Source: a virus
Lineage: Duplodnaviria > Heunggongvirae > Uroviricota > Caudoviricetes > Herelleviridae
IMG/VR virus record: IMGVR_UViG_2974580128_000001
Length of the DNA: 64,000 nt
Strand: one strand, 5' to 3'
Below are positions 7,617 to 16,491 of this stretch, in pieces. Numbering within the stretch: position 1 is the first letter of the stretch; each line of letters begins with the position of its first letter. Both the position numbers and the translations under genes were made by a program. The notes below the pieces were generated by a model. That model did no database searches. It worked only from the letters and a program-made list of their open reading frames with translations, and had not been told where the DNA came from.

Positions 7617-9017
7617 ATGCCAGAAGACAAAAAACAAGAAGCTAAATTAAATCCCGTTCAGGAACAAGTAATCAAAGGATTTACAACTGGTTATGGTATT
7701 ACTCCTGACACGCAAACTGATGCGGCGGCTTTAAGACGAGAATTTCTAGATGACCAAATTACTATGCTTACATGGGCAGAAGGAGATTTGTCATTCTATC
7801 GTGACATCACAAAACGCCCTGCTACATCTACAGTAGCTAAATATGACGTATACCTAGCACACGGTAAAGTAGGACATACACGTTTCGTTCGTGAAATCGG
7901 TGTAGCTCCAATTTCTGACCCAAGCTTACGTCAAAAAACTGTTAACATGAAATACGTTTCTGATACTAAGAACATGAGTATCGCAACTGGTTTAGTTAAC
8001 AACATCGAAGACCCAATGCAAATCTTAACAGACGATGCTATCTCTGTTGTTGCTAAAACAATCGAATGGGCTTCTTTCTACGGAGATGCTGACTTATCTG
8101 AAAACCCAGAACGTGACTCCGGTCTAGAATTTGACGGTTTAGTTAAATTAATTGACAAACATAACGTTATTGATGCTAAAGGTGAAAGCTTAACAGAAGC
8201 ATTACTTAACCAAGCTTCCGTATTAATCGGTAAAGGTTATGGTACTCCAACTGATGCTTACATGCCAATCGGTGTACAAGCTGACTTCGTGAACCAACAA
8301 CTTGACAAACAAGTTCAAGTTATCCGTGACAACGGTCAAAATGTAACAATGGGATTCAACGTTCAAGGGTTCAACTCTGCACGTGGTTTCATTAAATTAC
8401 ATGGTTCAACAGTAATGGAATTAGAACAAATCTTGGATGAATACCAAATGGTTAGTCCTAATGCTCCACAAAAAGCTACTGTTCAAGCAACTGTAGAAAC
8501 TGACAAGAAAGGTACATTCCGTCCAGAAGACATTGCTACTCCTGCTGAGTACAAAGTAGTTGTAGTATCTGACGATGCAGAATCTGCTCCATCTGACGTG
8601 GCTACTGCTACAATTGCTAACGCTACTGACGGTGTTAAATTAGCAATCACTATCAACAGCATGTATCAAGCTCGTCCTCAATACGTAGCTATCTACCGTA
8701 AAGGACATCAAACAGGATTGTTCTACCAAATCGCACGTGTACCTGCAAGTAAAGCAGAAAACAACGTAATCACTTTCTACGATTTGAACCAACAAATCCC
8801 TGAAACTGCTGACGTATTCGTAGGTGAATTGACTCCATCTGTAGTTCACTTGTTCGAATTACTACCAATGATGCGTTTACCATTAGCTCAAATGAACGCT
8901 TCTGTAACATTCGCAGTTCTATGGTATGGTGCTTTAGCTCTTCGTGCACCTAAGAAATGGGCACGAATCAAGAACGTTAAATACATTCCATCTGGAAACG
9001 TAATTAACGAACGCTAA
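7617..9017 (+). CDS. Major capsid protein precursor
   Basis: K|GFTTGYGITPDTQTDAAALRREFLDDQIT ... LWYGALALRAPKKW typical of Twort/A511/phiEF24C capsids; start 7617 (SD AAAGGTGA) or in-frame 7596. Confidence 0.96.
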   Translation: MPEDKKQEAKLNPVQEQVIKGFTTGYGITPDTQTDAAALRREFLDDQITMLTWAEGDLSFYRDITKRPATSTVAKYDVYLAHGKVGHTRFVREIGVAPISDPSLRQKTVNMKYVSDTKNMSIATGLVNNIEDPMQILTDDAISVVAKTIEWASFYGDADLSENPERDSGLEFDGLVKLIDKHNVIDAKGESLTEALLNQASVLIGKGYGTPTDAYMPIGVQADFVNQQLDKQVQVIRDNGQNVTMGFNVQGFNSARGFIKLHGSTVMELEQILDEYQMVSPNAPQKATVQATVETDKKGTFRPEDIATPAEYKVVVVSDDAESAPSDVATATIANATDGVKLAITINSMYQARPQYVAIYRKGHQTGLFYQIARVPASKAENNVITFYDLNQQIPETADVFVGELTPSVVHLFELLPMMRLPLAQMNASVTFAVLWYGALALRAPKKWARIKNVKYIPSGNVINER

Positions 9018-9053
9018 TCTTAGTTCAACTAAGAAAAATTGAATAGAAAACGG

Positions 9054-9085
9054 AATAGGGAACGGTCTAACTGTTCCCTATTTTT
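9054..9085 (+). terminator. Intrinsic terminator after the capsid gene
   Basis: AATAGGGAAC...GTTCCCTATT-TTT. Confidence 0.9.
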
Positions 9086-9114
9086 ATTATAACGAATTAA
9101 ATGGAGGAATACAA

Positions 9115-9366
9115 ATGTTAAAATCTACAGTATTACAAAATAAAAAAGTGGCAACATCTTTTGGAGAAGCTGAATTTAACCATTTAGGAGAAAGTCATAA
9201 CTTGCCAGAGGAACATCAAAAAGCTTTAGCTGAAAAGGTACCTTATTTGACACACATTCCTGATAAGAAAGAAAATCCTAAAGAGGAAAAAGAAGTAAAA
9301 GAAGAAAAACCAAAAGCTAAAAAAGCACCTGCTAAAGCTAAAACAGCCAAAAAAGATAAAGAGTAG
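9115..9366 (+). CDS. Small hypothetical protein with K/E/A-rich C-terminus
   Basis: GGAGG RBS; syntenic after the capsid. Confidence 0.8.
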   Translation: MLKSTVLQNKKVATSFGEAEFNHLGESHNLPEEHQKALAEKVPYLTHIPDKKENPKEEKEVKEEKPKAKKAPAKAKTAKKDKE

Positions 9367-9377
9367 GAGGTCATCAT

Positions 9378-10274
9378 ATGTACCCAGATTACGGTTATGG
9401 TGATGGCGGAAACCAAGATGTATACCAACCATATGCACATGGTAACCCAAAACATATTGACATTGCAGACCTAGATAAGATTACTCCTGCTGATTACGGT
9501 TGGACTCCCGACACGTTAAAGGCTTACATGTTTGGGGTAGCTGTAGTTAACCCTGAAACAGGTGAACCATTAGGAGATACATTTTATGAACATGTAATTG
9601 ATACAGCAATTGCTAAAGCTGAAAAGAAACTGGATATTGCGATTTTACCTCGTTTAATTCAAGGGGAACATCACGATTTCCACCAATCTGACTTTAACTC
9701 TTACTTATACACGCATGTATTTAAACGACCACTAATTCAAGCTGAAAAGCTACAATTAGAAATTAACGGACGAGGAATCTACCGTTACCCTGCAAACTGG
9801 TGGAAAGTATATACCCTAGCGGGGCATATCCAAATGTACCCAACAGCAATGATGCAAACAGGTACACAATTTGCCTATGATTTTGCATTCTCTGGCTACC
9901 CACAATTAGCAGGTATGCCACCTTCATCTGGTCAAGTAGATGCTCCACAAATGATTCATATTGACTACGTAGCGGGTATGTTACCTCGTAAGAATCGTGG
10001 ATACAACGCTGAGTGGGAGTGCCCTGCTGATTTAGAGCAATTAGTAATCAAATATGCTATTAAGGAAATCTTCCAACAATGGGGACGTTTGATTATTGGT
10101 GCCGGTATTGCAGGAAAATCCTTGTCAATTGACGGTGTAACTGAAAGTATACAAACAACACAATCTGCTATGTATGGTGGTGCATCTGCCGACATTAAAC
10201 AGATTGACGAAGATATTGATAGACTAGAACGTGACTTAGCTTCCTACTTCGGAATGAACCTAGGAATTATTTAA
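9378..10274 (+). CDS. Virion structural protein (head-tail adaptor/neck)
   Basis: GRLIIGAGIAG..LSIDG..E motif; synteny. Confidence 0.8.
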   Translation: MYPDYGYGDGGNQDVYQPYAHGNPKHIDIADLDKITPADYGWTPDTLKAYMFGVAVVNPETGEPLGDTFYEHVIDTAIAKAEKKLDIAILPRLIQGEHHDFHQSDFNSYLYTHVFKRPLIQAEKLQLEINGRGIYRYPANWWKVYTLAGHIQMYPTAMMQTGTQFAYDFAFSGYPQLAGMPPSSGQVDAPQMIHIDYVAGMLPRKNRGYNAEWECPADLEQLVIKYAIKEIFQQWGRLIIGAGIAGKSLSIDGVTESIQTTQSAMYGGASADIKQIDEDIDRLERDLASYFGMNLGII

Positions 10275-10287
10275 GGAGGGATGACTC

Positions 10288-11160
10288 ATGGCTAATGAAC
10301 CAACACGTTTCAGCAGTTCAGGTTCTACAGGTAACCCTAAGCAATACATGAATGTAAGTAGACTAGAGTTTGAAACAAAAGGTATGGATACCTTTGTAAT
10401 GAACCGTGGTATAAACATTCTGTGGGAACGAGCTTGGCTTTGTACATGCCGAAATCCGATGACTCTTGCTCCTGACTCTAATTGCCCTATTTGTAGGGGT
10501 AGAGGTATTGCATATCAACCTGCTGTTAAGGATATAATGATTATCCAAAGTCAAGAAAAAGGTGTATCAAATCAAGATTTAGGGTTGTTCGATTCTGGTA
10601 CAGCTATTGGTACAACTCCAATTGACTCTAAAATTACTTTCCGAGACAGAATTACTGTCCCAGATGTGGAAATATACCAAAGTTTCATTTTTAATGTAAA
10701 TAGTCGTAGATTAGAGACAGGTATGTTTTTAAGCTATGATGTTAAACGGTTAGAGGATGTGTATGGTGACAAAGGGCAAGTCCTTGTGGAGGGTAAAGAC
10801 TTTACGATGGACTATAGCACGAATACTTTTTATCCTAAACAACATTTGTTAAACACGAACATCTCTATCAACATGGCAGTAACATTACGTTATCTGGTTA
10901 TTGATTTACTCAAAGAAAGTCGTTACCAGTACACGAAATTTGGTGTAAAAGAACCGCTGTTTGAGAACCTTCCTAGAAAGCTCCTATTGAAGCGTGAGGA
11001 CATCTTTGTTGATAGTGAGCCTTTTGTATTAGAAGTAGATACGAAGTCTCGTCTAGAGGCACTAGAGAAGGAAAAAGAAGTAACAGAATCTAAGATGGTC
11101 GACCCTAAACGTACAGGTTCAAGTGCGGGAGGATTCTTTGGAGGTAAACTAAATGGCTAA
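10288..11160 (+). CDS. Virion neck protein
   Basis: CTCRNP..CPICRGRG cysteine motif; synteny. Confidence 0.75.
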   Translation: MANEPTRFSSSGSTGNPKQYMNVSRLEFETKGMDTFVMNRGINILWERAWLCTCRNPMTLAPDSNCPICRGRGIAYQPAVKDIMIIQSQEKGVSNQDLGLFDSGTAIGTTPIDSKITFRDRITVPDVEIYQSFIFNVNSRRLETGMFLSYDVKRLEDVYGDKGQVLVEGKDFTMDYSTNTFYPKQHLLNTNISINMAVTLRYLVIDLLKESRYQYTKFGVKEPLFENLPRKLLLKREDIFVDSEPFVLEVDTKSRLEALEKEKEVTESKMVDPKRTGSSAGGFFGGKLNG

Positions 11161-11776
11161 GAAAGGACAACGACCTGCACTGTTCACCAGTCCTAAAGAA
11201 ATGTTAGGTAATCTGACACGAGCAATGGTAGATGAGATTCTATCTGATGCACAAGACCAAGCATTACGTGCAGGTGCTGATGTCCAAAGAATGCCTAATT
11301 ATTTACAGGTAACAGAATCAAGAATGGCTAAGAGCGGTGTAATTGATTTAAAACCGTTCTTCGCTCGTTCTAGTAAGAAGAAGTATAATAAAAAAGGTGA
11401 ATGGTACTTATATATTCCTATTCAAATTAAGACAAGAAAGATGTCTAGAAGATTGTATGACGATTTAAGGTCTTTTCCTACAAATGGTCGTCCTGTAACA
11501 GTTAAGATGGACTATCTTTATGATAGAAGAAAACAAAGTCCCGCTGTACAAAGTATCAACTATAGCCCTAAGTCCAAAAATGTTACAATTATACCAAGAG
11601 AGTGGGGAGAAGGTACACGGAATACATATGTGACATTCCGTACAGTAAATGCCAATTCTCCGGCTAACAGTTGGATAATCAACCGTAGTAAAGTGAACTC
11701 GGACGATATGAGTAAAACAATGTTAGCTAATATCGACAGGTTAATGAAGTGGAAATTGAAGAATTTAGGAGGGTAA
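11153..11776 (+). CDS. Conserved basic structural-module protein
   Basis: TYVTFRTVNANSPANSWI motif; overlaps neighbours. Confidence 0.75.
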   Translation: MAKKGQRPALFTSPKEMLGNLTRAMVDEILSDAQDQALRAGADVQRMPNYLQVTESRMAKSGVIDLKPFFARSSKKKYNKKGEWYLYIPIQIKTRKMSRRLYDDLRSFPTNGRPVTVKMDYLYDRRKQSPAVQSINYSPKSKNVTIIPREWGEGTRNTYVTFRTVNANSPANSWIINRSKVNSDDMSKTMLANIDRLMKWKLKNLGG

Positions 11777-11779
11777 AAG

Positions 11780-12625
11780 ATGATACCAAGTTTAGACACT
11801 TACTTGTATAAAGAATTTGAAGAAAGACTGAGAATTATCTTAGAAGAGTGCTATATTATAGACGAAGCTTTGAAGGAGATAGATTCCCAAGCTTTAGAGA
11901 CATTTAAAAATACTTATTGTTCAATTGACGGTAAGGCTCCAAAGAAAGAAATCGAAATGTCGTATTCTTTCCCACAGGAGAAGCAGAACTTTAATGCTCG
12001 TTATGTGATTACACTAGGTGGGAGTGATGAGGAGAATAAGTCAATGGGTGGTGTACAGGGAGGCTATACTTACCGAGAAGGTGATATAGTTAATGAAGCT
12101 GTTCAACTTGTCCGTAATGGAAAAGATTTAATTATGAACACAACAAAGCCTGTAGCTGATTTTTTGAATAGCCCAGATATTAGTTTTTCAGAAAGCGACC
12201 ATTTCAGAATCGAAAACAACAAGCCTGTATTTGATTATTCCGGTAATGAACACTTAGAAGGTAAATCTTTTAATATTGTTTATACTGTGAAAGAGTCTGA
12301 TGAGGATGTAGCAGGTGTTTACAAAGGGTACCAATCCTCCGATACCGTAAACATTGTCGGAATTAGTACAAATATGGACACTGCCCGCTGTCTAGATGCT
12401 ATCGCAAGATTAATTCTTATTACGATGCGTGACAGCTTAGATGAGAAAACAGGATACATGCTACAGACGTTACACTTTGGAGACATGCAACCTGTAATTG
12501 AATCAGGTGAGACAGTAGTATTTGGTAGACCTTGTACAATCGGGTATAAAGTAACTAATTCTATTAGTTTTGACTTAAACCGACAAATACGAGAAATTAT
12601 TACCAAAAGGAGGATGAAAGCCTAA
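11780..12625 (+). CDS. Putative tail completion/terminator protein
   Basis: MIPSLDTYLY start typical of this syntenic family. Confidence 0.7.
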   Translation: MIPSLDTYLYKEFEERLRIILEECYIIDEALKEIDSQALETFKNTYCSIDGKAPKKEIEMSYSFPQEKQNFNARYVITLGGSDEENKSMGGVQGGYTYREGDIVNEAVQLVRNGKDLIMNTTKPVADFLNSPDISFSESDHFRIENNKPVFDYSGNEHLEGKSFNIVYTVKESDEDVAGVYKGYQSSDTVNIVGISTNMDTARCLDAIARLILITMRDSLDEKTGYMLQTLHFGDMQPVIESGETVVFGRPCTIGYKVTNSISFDLNRQIREIITKRRMKA

Positions 12626-12864
12626 TGGCAAAAGAAACAACAAAGACTAAACAAGAGAGTCCAAAGGAACAACCTAAAAAGGTTCCAAAGCCTAAAGGGT
12701 ACGTTCATGTAGATACATTTTTGGGCTATGCACAAGTACTTTACGGATTAAGTAAGTATCAAGTAGCAGGCTTCAAAGCATTCATGGCAGGGAGAGAGTA
12801 TCAGCACGATGATGCCGACTTTGTTCCGTTTTTGGAAAAGTATATAGGAAAGGAAGTTAAATAA
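12625..12864 (+). CDS. Small conserved protein preceding the sheath
   Basis: TAATG overlap, RBS AGGAGGA. Confidence 0.8.
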   Translation: MAKETTKTKQESPKEQPKKVPKPKGYVHVDTFLGYAQVLYGLSKYQVAGFKAFMAGREYQHDDADFVPFLEKYIGKEVK

Positions 12865-12867
12865 TAA

Positions 12868-14577
12868 ATGGCTGTAGAACAATTCCCAAGAAAAAAAGTG
12901 TCCCGTCCACATACTGAAATTACTGTAGATACTTCTGGTATCGGTGGTGCATCTAACAGTTCTGAAAAAACATTAATGTTAGTAGGTTCTGCTAAAGGTG
13001 GTAAACCAAATACAGTTTATCGTTTCCGTAACTACCAACAAGCTAAAGCTACATTACGTAGTGGTGAACTATTGGATGCTATTGAATTAGCATGGAACGC
13101 TTCTGATGTGAACACTGCATCCGCAGGTGACATTTTAGCATTGCGTGTAGAAAATGCTACTAACGCAACAATCAAAAAAGGTGGTTTAACCATCGCATCT
13201 ACTATTTATGGTTTAGATGCAAACGAAATGCAAGTTGCTTTGGAAGACAATAGTTTAACAAATACTAAACGTCTGACAATTGCATTTGCAAAAGACGGAT
13301 ACAACAAAGTATTCGATAACTTAGGTAAAATCTTCTCTATCAAGTATAAAGGAGAACAAGCACAAGCTTCCTTCACTATTACAGAAGATAGCATTACTAA
13401 GAAGGCAAATAAACTTATTCTAAGTGCAGGTGCTGAGGTTGAAGACCAAACTCCTGTAATGGAGTATAGCTTAGGACAAGGTGTTTACTCTGATACAAAC
13501 GTATTAGTAAGTGCAATCAACAGTTTACCTGACTGGGAAGCTAAACTATTCCCTATCGGAGACAAAAACGTCCCTACTGAAACATTTGATAAAGTAGAAA
13601 AAGCTGATGTTAAAACAGGTGAGAAATATGTTGAAGCTCTAGGCGGAGACATTGCTAAACAATTGGAATATAACGACTACGTAACAGTAGAAATTGACCG
13701 TGCAACTCCAATTCAAGACTTTGCATTAACTAACCTTTCTGGTGGTACAGATGGAACAATCCCAGAATCTTGGGCTGACAAATTCCCTCTATTAGCTAAT
13801 GAAGGTGGTTACTACTTAGTACCATTGACAGACAAACAAGCTGTTCATTCAGAAGCTTTAGCATTTGTTAAAGACCGTACAGACAATGGAGACCCTATGC
13901 GTATCGTTGTTGGTGGTGGAACGAATGAAACAGTTGAAGAAAGTATCGCACGTGCTACAAACTTACGTGACCCACGAGCTTCTGTAGTAGGATTCTCTGG
14001 TACTCGTAAGATGGATGATGGACGTTTGCTTAAATTACCGGGCTACATGATGGCTTCACAAATTGCAGGTATTGCAAGTGGGCTTGAAATCGGTGAAGCA
14101 ATTACGTTCAAACACTTCAACGTAACAACTGTAGACCGTATCTACGAAAGTGGTCAATTAGACATGCTTAACGACAGTGGTGTTATCGCTGTTGAGTATG
14201 TACGTAACCGTACCTTAACTGCATTCCGTATCGTGCAAGACGTTACAACTTACAACGATAAAACAGACCCAGTTAAGAACGAAATGTCTGTAGGTGAAGC
14301 AAACGACTTCTTAGTATCCGAATTGAAGATTGAATTAGATAACAACTTCATTGGAACTAAAGTTGTAGATACAAGCGCAAGCTTGATTAAAAACTTCATC
14401 CAATCATTCCTAGATAAGAAAAAACGTGCTCGTGAAATCCAAGATTACACACCAGAAGAAGTACAAGTTGTTCTTGAAGGGGATGTAGCATCTATCAGCA
14501 TGACTGTAATGCCAATCCGTAGCTTGAACAAGATTACTGTACAACTAGTGTACAAACAACAAATCTTGACAGCATAA
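12868..14577 (+). CDS. Tail sheath protein
   Basis: MAVEQFPRKKVSRPHTEI, GSAKGGKPNTVY, LNKITVQLVY. Confidence 0.95.
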   Translation: MAVEQFPRKKVSRPHTEITVDTSGIGGASNSSEKTLMLVGSAKGGKPNTVYRFRNYQQAKATLRSGELLDAIELAWNASDVNTASAGDILALRVENATNATIKKGGLTIASTIYGLDANEMQVALEDNSLTNTKRLTIAFAKDGYNKVFDNLGKIFSIKYKGEQAQASFTITEDSITKKANKLILSAGAEVEDQTPVMEYSLGQGVYSDTNVLVSAINSLPDWEAKLFPIGDKNVPTETFDKVEKADVKTGEKYVEALGGDIAKQLEYNDYVTVEIDRATPIQDFALTNLSGGTDGTIPESWADKFPLLANEGGYYLVPLTDKQAVHSEALAFVKDRTDNGDPMRIVVGGGTNETVEESIARATNLRDPRASVVGFSGTRKMDDGRLLKLPGYMMASQIAGIASGLEIGEAITFKHFNVTTVDRIYESGQLDMLNDSGVIAVEYVRNRTLTAFRIVQDVTTYNDKTDPVKNEMSVGEANDFLVSELKIELDNNFIGTKVVDTSASLIKNFIQSFLDKKKRAREIQDYTPEEVQVVLEGDVASISMTVMPIRSLNKITVQLVYKQQILTA

Positions 14578-14642
14578 CAGGTCGGGGGCTTTTAGCCCCC
14601 TATACCTTACTAAAAATAATCTAAAATAGGAGTGAAACATAG

Positions 14643-15065
14643 ATGGCTAGCGTTGGAAATCAAACAGTCCACACAGGTAACACAGTTTACTTGATGATTG
14701 GTAACAAAATTATCGGACGTGCACAATCTGCATCTGGTGAACGTCAATATGGTACACAAGGTGTATACGAAATTGGTAGTATCATGCCACAAGAACACGT
14801 ATACTTGAAATATGAAGGTACAATCAACCTTGAACGTATGCGTATGAAGAAAGAAGACTTAGCAAGCTTAGGTATTACTGCTCTAGGTGAAGATATTCTT
14901 CAACGTGACATTATCGACATCGTAATGATGGATAACTTGACTAAAGAAATCGTTGTTGCTTACCGTGGATGCTCTGCTGTATCTTACAGTGAATCATTCA
15001 CAGCTAACGAAATCACTAGTGAGTCCACTCAGTTCACGTACCTAACATCAGCTAAAGTTAAGTAA
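14643..15065 (+). CDS. Tail tube protein
   Basis: MASVGNQTVHTGNTVYLMI..GVYEIGSIMPQEHV; follows the sheath. Confidence 0.93.
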   Translation: MASVGNQTVHTGNTVYLMIGNKIIGRAQSASGERQYGTQGVYEIGSIMPQEHVYLKYEGTINLERMRMKKEDLASLGITALGEDILQRDIIDIVMMDNLTKEIVVAYRGCSAVSYSESFTANEITSESTQFTYLTSAKVK

Positions 15066-15072
15066 GTAGTGT

Positions 15073-15106
15073 AAAATAGACCCTAAAAAATGGGGTCTAT
15101 TTTTTT
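15073..15106 (+). terminator. Intrinsic terminator after the tail tube gene
   Basis: AAAATAGACCC...GGGTCTATTTTTTT. Confidence 0.9.
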
Positions 15107-15116
15107 AGTTTTGGTA

Positions 15117-15145
15117 TTGACAAATTATACATGTATCTATATAAT
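15117..15145 (+). promoter_or_regulatory. Consensus sigma-A promoter TTGACA-N17-TATAAT
   Basis: TTGACA 15117-22, TATAAT 15140-45. Confidence 0.9.
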
Positions 15146-15151
15146 AGGTAT

Positions 15152-15237
15152 TGTAGTTGGTATACATTTTCGAACTTAATCTTTCTTATCTTTATCTTAC
15201 ACATGACCTAGCAGGAGTGCTAGGTCTATTTTTTTTT
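15152..15237 (+). ncRNA. Candidate ~85-nt small RNA
   Basis: Perfect promoter, no RBS or ORF, CU-rich body, terminator GACCTAGCA-GGAG-TGCTAGGTC-TA-T9 (15205-15237). Confidence 0.55.
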
Positions 15238-15263
15238 GCTCTCATAGAGGCAACTAACTAGTG

Positions 15264-15292
15264 TGCTATAATAAGTATAGAATGCTATATTA
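15264..15292 (+). promoter_or_regulatory. Tandem promoters TGCTATAATA and TGCTATATTA (chaperone operon)
   Basis: Motifs at 15264-73 and 15283-92. Confidence 0.65.
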
Positions 15293-15321
15293 ACTTATGA
15301 AAGACATAGGAGGAATAAGTA

Positions 15322-15795
15322 ATGACTGAAAAAGAAAACAAGGTTGATTTCCCTCAGCTTAACATGACTCGTGAACAGCTTATCGAAAAGATTAACCGTG
15401 GGGAAAATCTAACAGACGAAGAAATTAATTTGTTAAAATATCATAATGCAGAAGCAGAGCATAAAGAACTTAACCGAATTATTCCGGGAGTTAACAATGT
15501 ATTCTCAAAACATTATGATTTAAAAGAGTTTGGTATGGAATTTGATATTAAAATTAAAGCACCAAACGTGGTACAACAAGGTAAAATTCAAGCAATGCGT
15601 GAGGCTTACTTAGAAGGTATGGGTATGGCAGTAAGTAACTTTATTTTCCAATGCTACCATACACTAGCTACTATCCGTGTTTGTGGTGTAGAAGTACCTA
15701 AAGAGCTAGAAAAAGATGAAGACATCTATAACATCTACGTCTTAAACATTATCGGGAAGGATTTTGCGGAGTGGTTAAACTCCTTTCGCTACTAA
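15322..15795 (+). CDS. Tail assembly chaperone (G-like)
   Basis: Between tube and tape measure; ends WLNSFRY; RBS AGGAGGA. Confidence 0.85.
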   Translation: MTEKENKVDFPQLNMTREQLIEKINRGENLTDEEINLLKYHNAEAEHKELNRIIPGVNNVFSKHYDLKEFGMEFDIKIKAPNVVQQGKIQAMREAYLEGMGMAVSNFIFQCYHTLATIRVCGVEVPKELEKDEDIYNIYVLNIIGKDFAEWLNSFRY

Positions 15796-16444
15796 TCTCG
15801 AAAGTTTAGGGGGTATAAAAACCCTCGTCAGAAATACATATAGCCGAAACATGTGGGCTATTATGAAAAAATTTAATGTATTACCTAGTGACCCTGCATG
15901 GCAAAATCTAACTCATGAGCAAGTAGAATGGATTTTGTATAACATGGAAAGAGATGTTGAAGAAGAACAACGCAGAGCTAAAGGTCTTGCTCTTGAAGGT
16001 GAATACGAAGACTTGGATGCTTCTTGGTATGATGTACCTCATGAAGAGTTTAACCCTGTACGTGAAGGTCATGATGAAGCTGAGATTGCTCGTAAGCTTA
16101 ATGAAATCACTACAGAAGAGGACATGGCTAAACTTAAAGCTCGTTGGGAAGCTAGTCAGGAAGTCGATGCAATCCGTGCCGAAGGTGGTACAACGATTGA
16201 GGAAGACACAATCAATGAACTTATTGCTAACAATGTACAGAAAGCTATTGAAGAAGCTAAACGTATTGAGAAACATGGTGGTAATAAGTGGGGAGACAAA
16301 ACCCCGATTGAATTAGAGGAGGAGCGTAAGAATCTAGAATTTAAATCTCAGCTTAAGCAAGATGATATTCAAGATGCAATTGCTCTGTTCAATGGAGAAA
16401 AAGATATTGAACCAACATCAGTAGACGATGATTTTGTAATATAG
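15779..16444 (+). CDS. Tail assembly chaperone extension (T-like), probably reached by +1 frameshift
   Basis: +1 frame open from 15779 (after TAA 15776) through LGGIKTLVRNTYSRNMWAIMKKF; no RBS before ATG 15851. Confidence 0.75.
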   Translation, partial: TPFATNLESLGGIKTLVRNTYSRNMWAIMKKFNVLPSDPAWQNLTHEQVEWILYNMERDVEEEQRRAKGLALEGEYEDLDASWYDVPHEEFNPVREGHDEAEIARKLNEITTEEDMAKLKARWEASQEVDAIRAEGGTTIEEDTINELIANNVQKAIEEAKRIEKHGGNKWGDKTPIELEEERKNLEFKSQLKQDDIQDAIALFNGEKDIEPTSVDDDFVI

Positions 16445-16447
16445 GAG

Positions 16448-16474
16448 GGTAGGGTTTTACCCTACCTTTTCTTT
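16448..16474 (+). terminator. Terminator-like hairpin just before the tape-measure RBS
   Basis: GGTAGGGT-TTT-ACCCTACC-TTTTCTTT. Confidence 0.65.
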
Positions 16475-16491
16475 GTAAAGGAAGTGTGGAA

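Noticed and set aside
14580-14610. GGGGGCT-TTT-AGCCCCC hairpin between sheath and tube as a terminator
   Set aside because: No U-tract; more likely a stabilising or processing stem, so not called
14990-15110. Frameshift extension of the tail tube or capsid into an Ig domain
   Set aside because: No open alternative frame past the stops, and terminators follow directly
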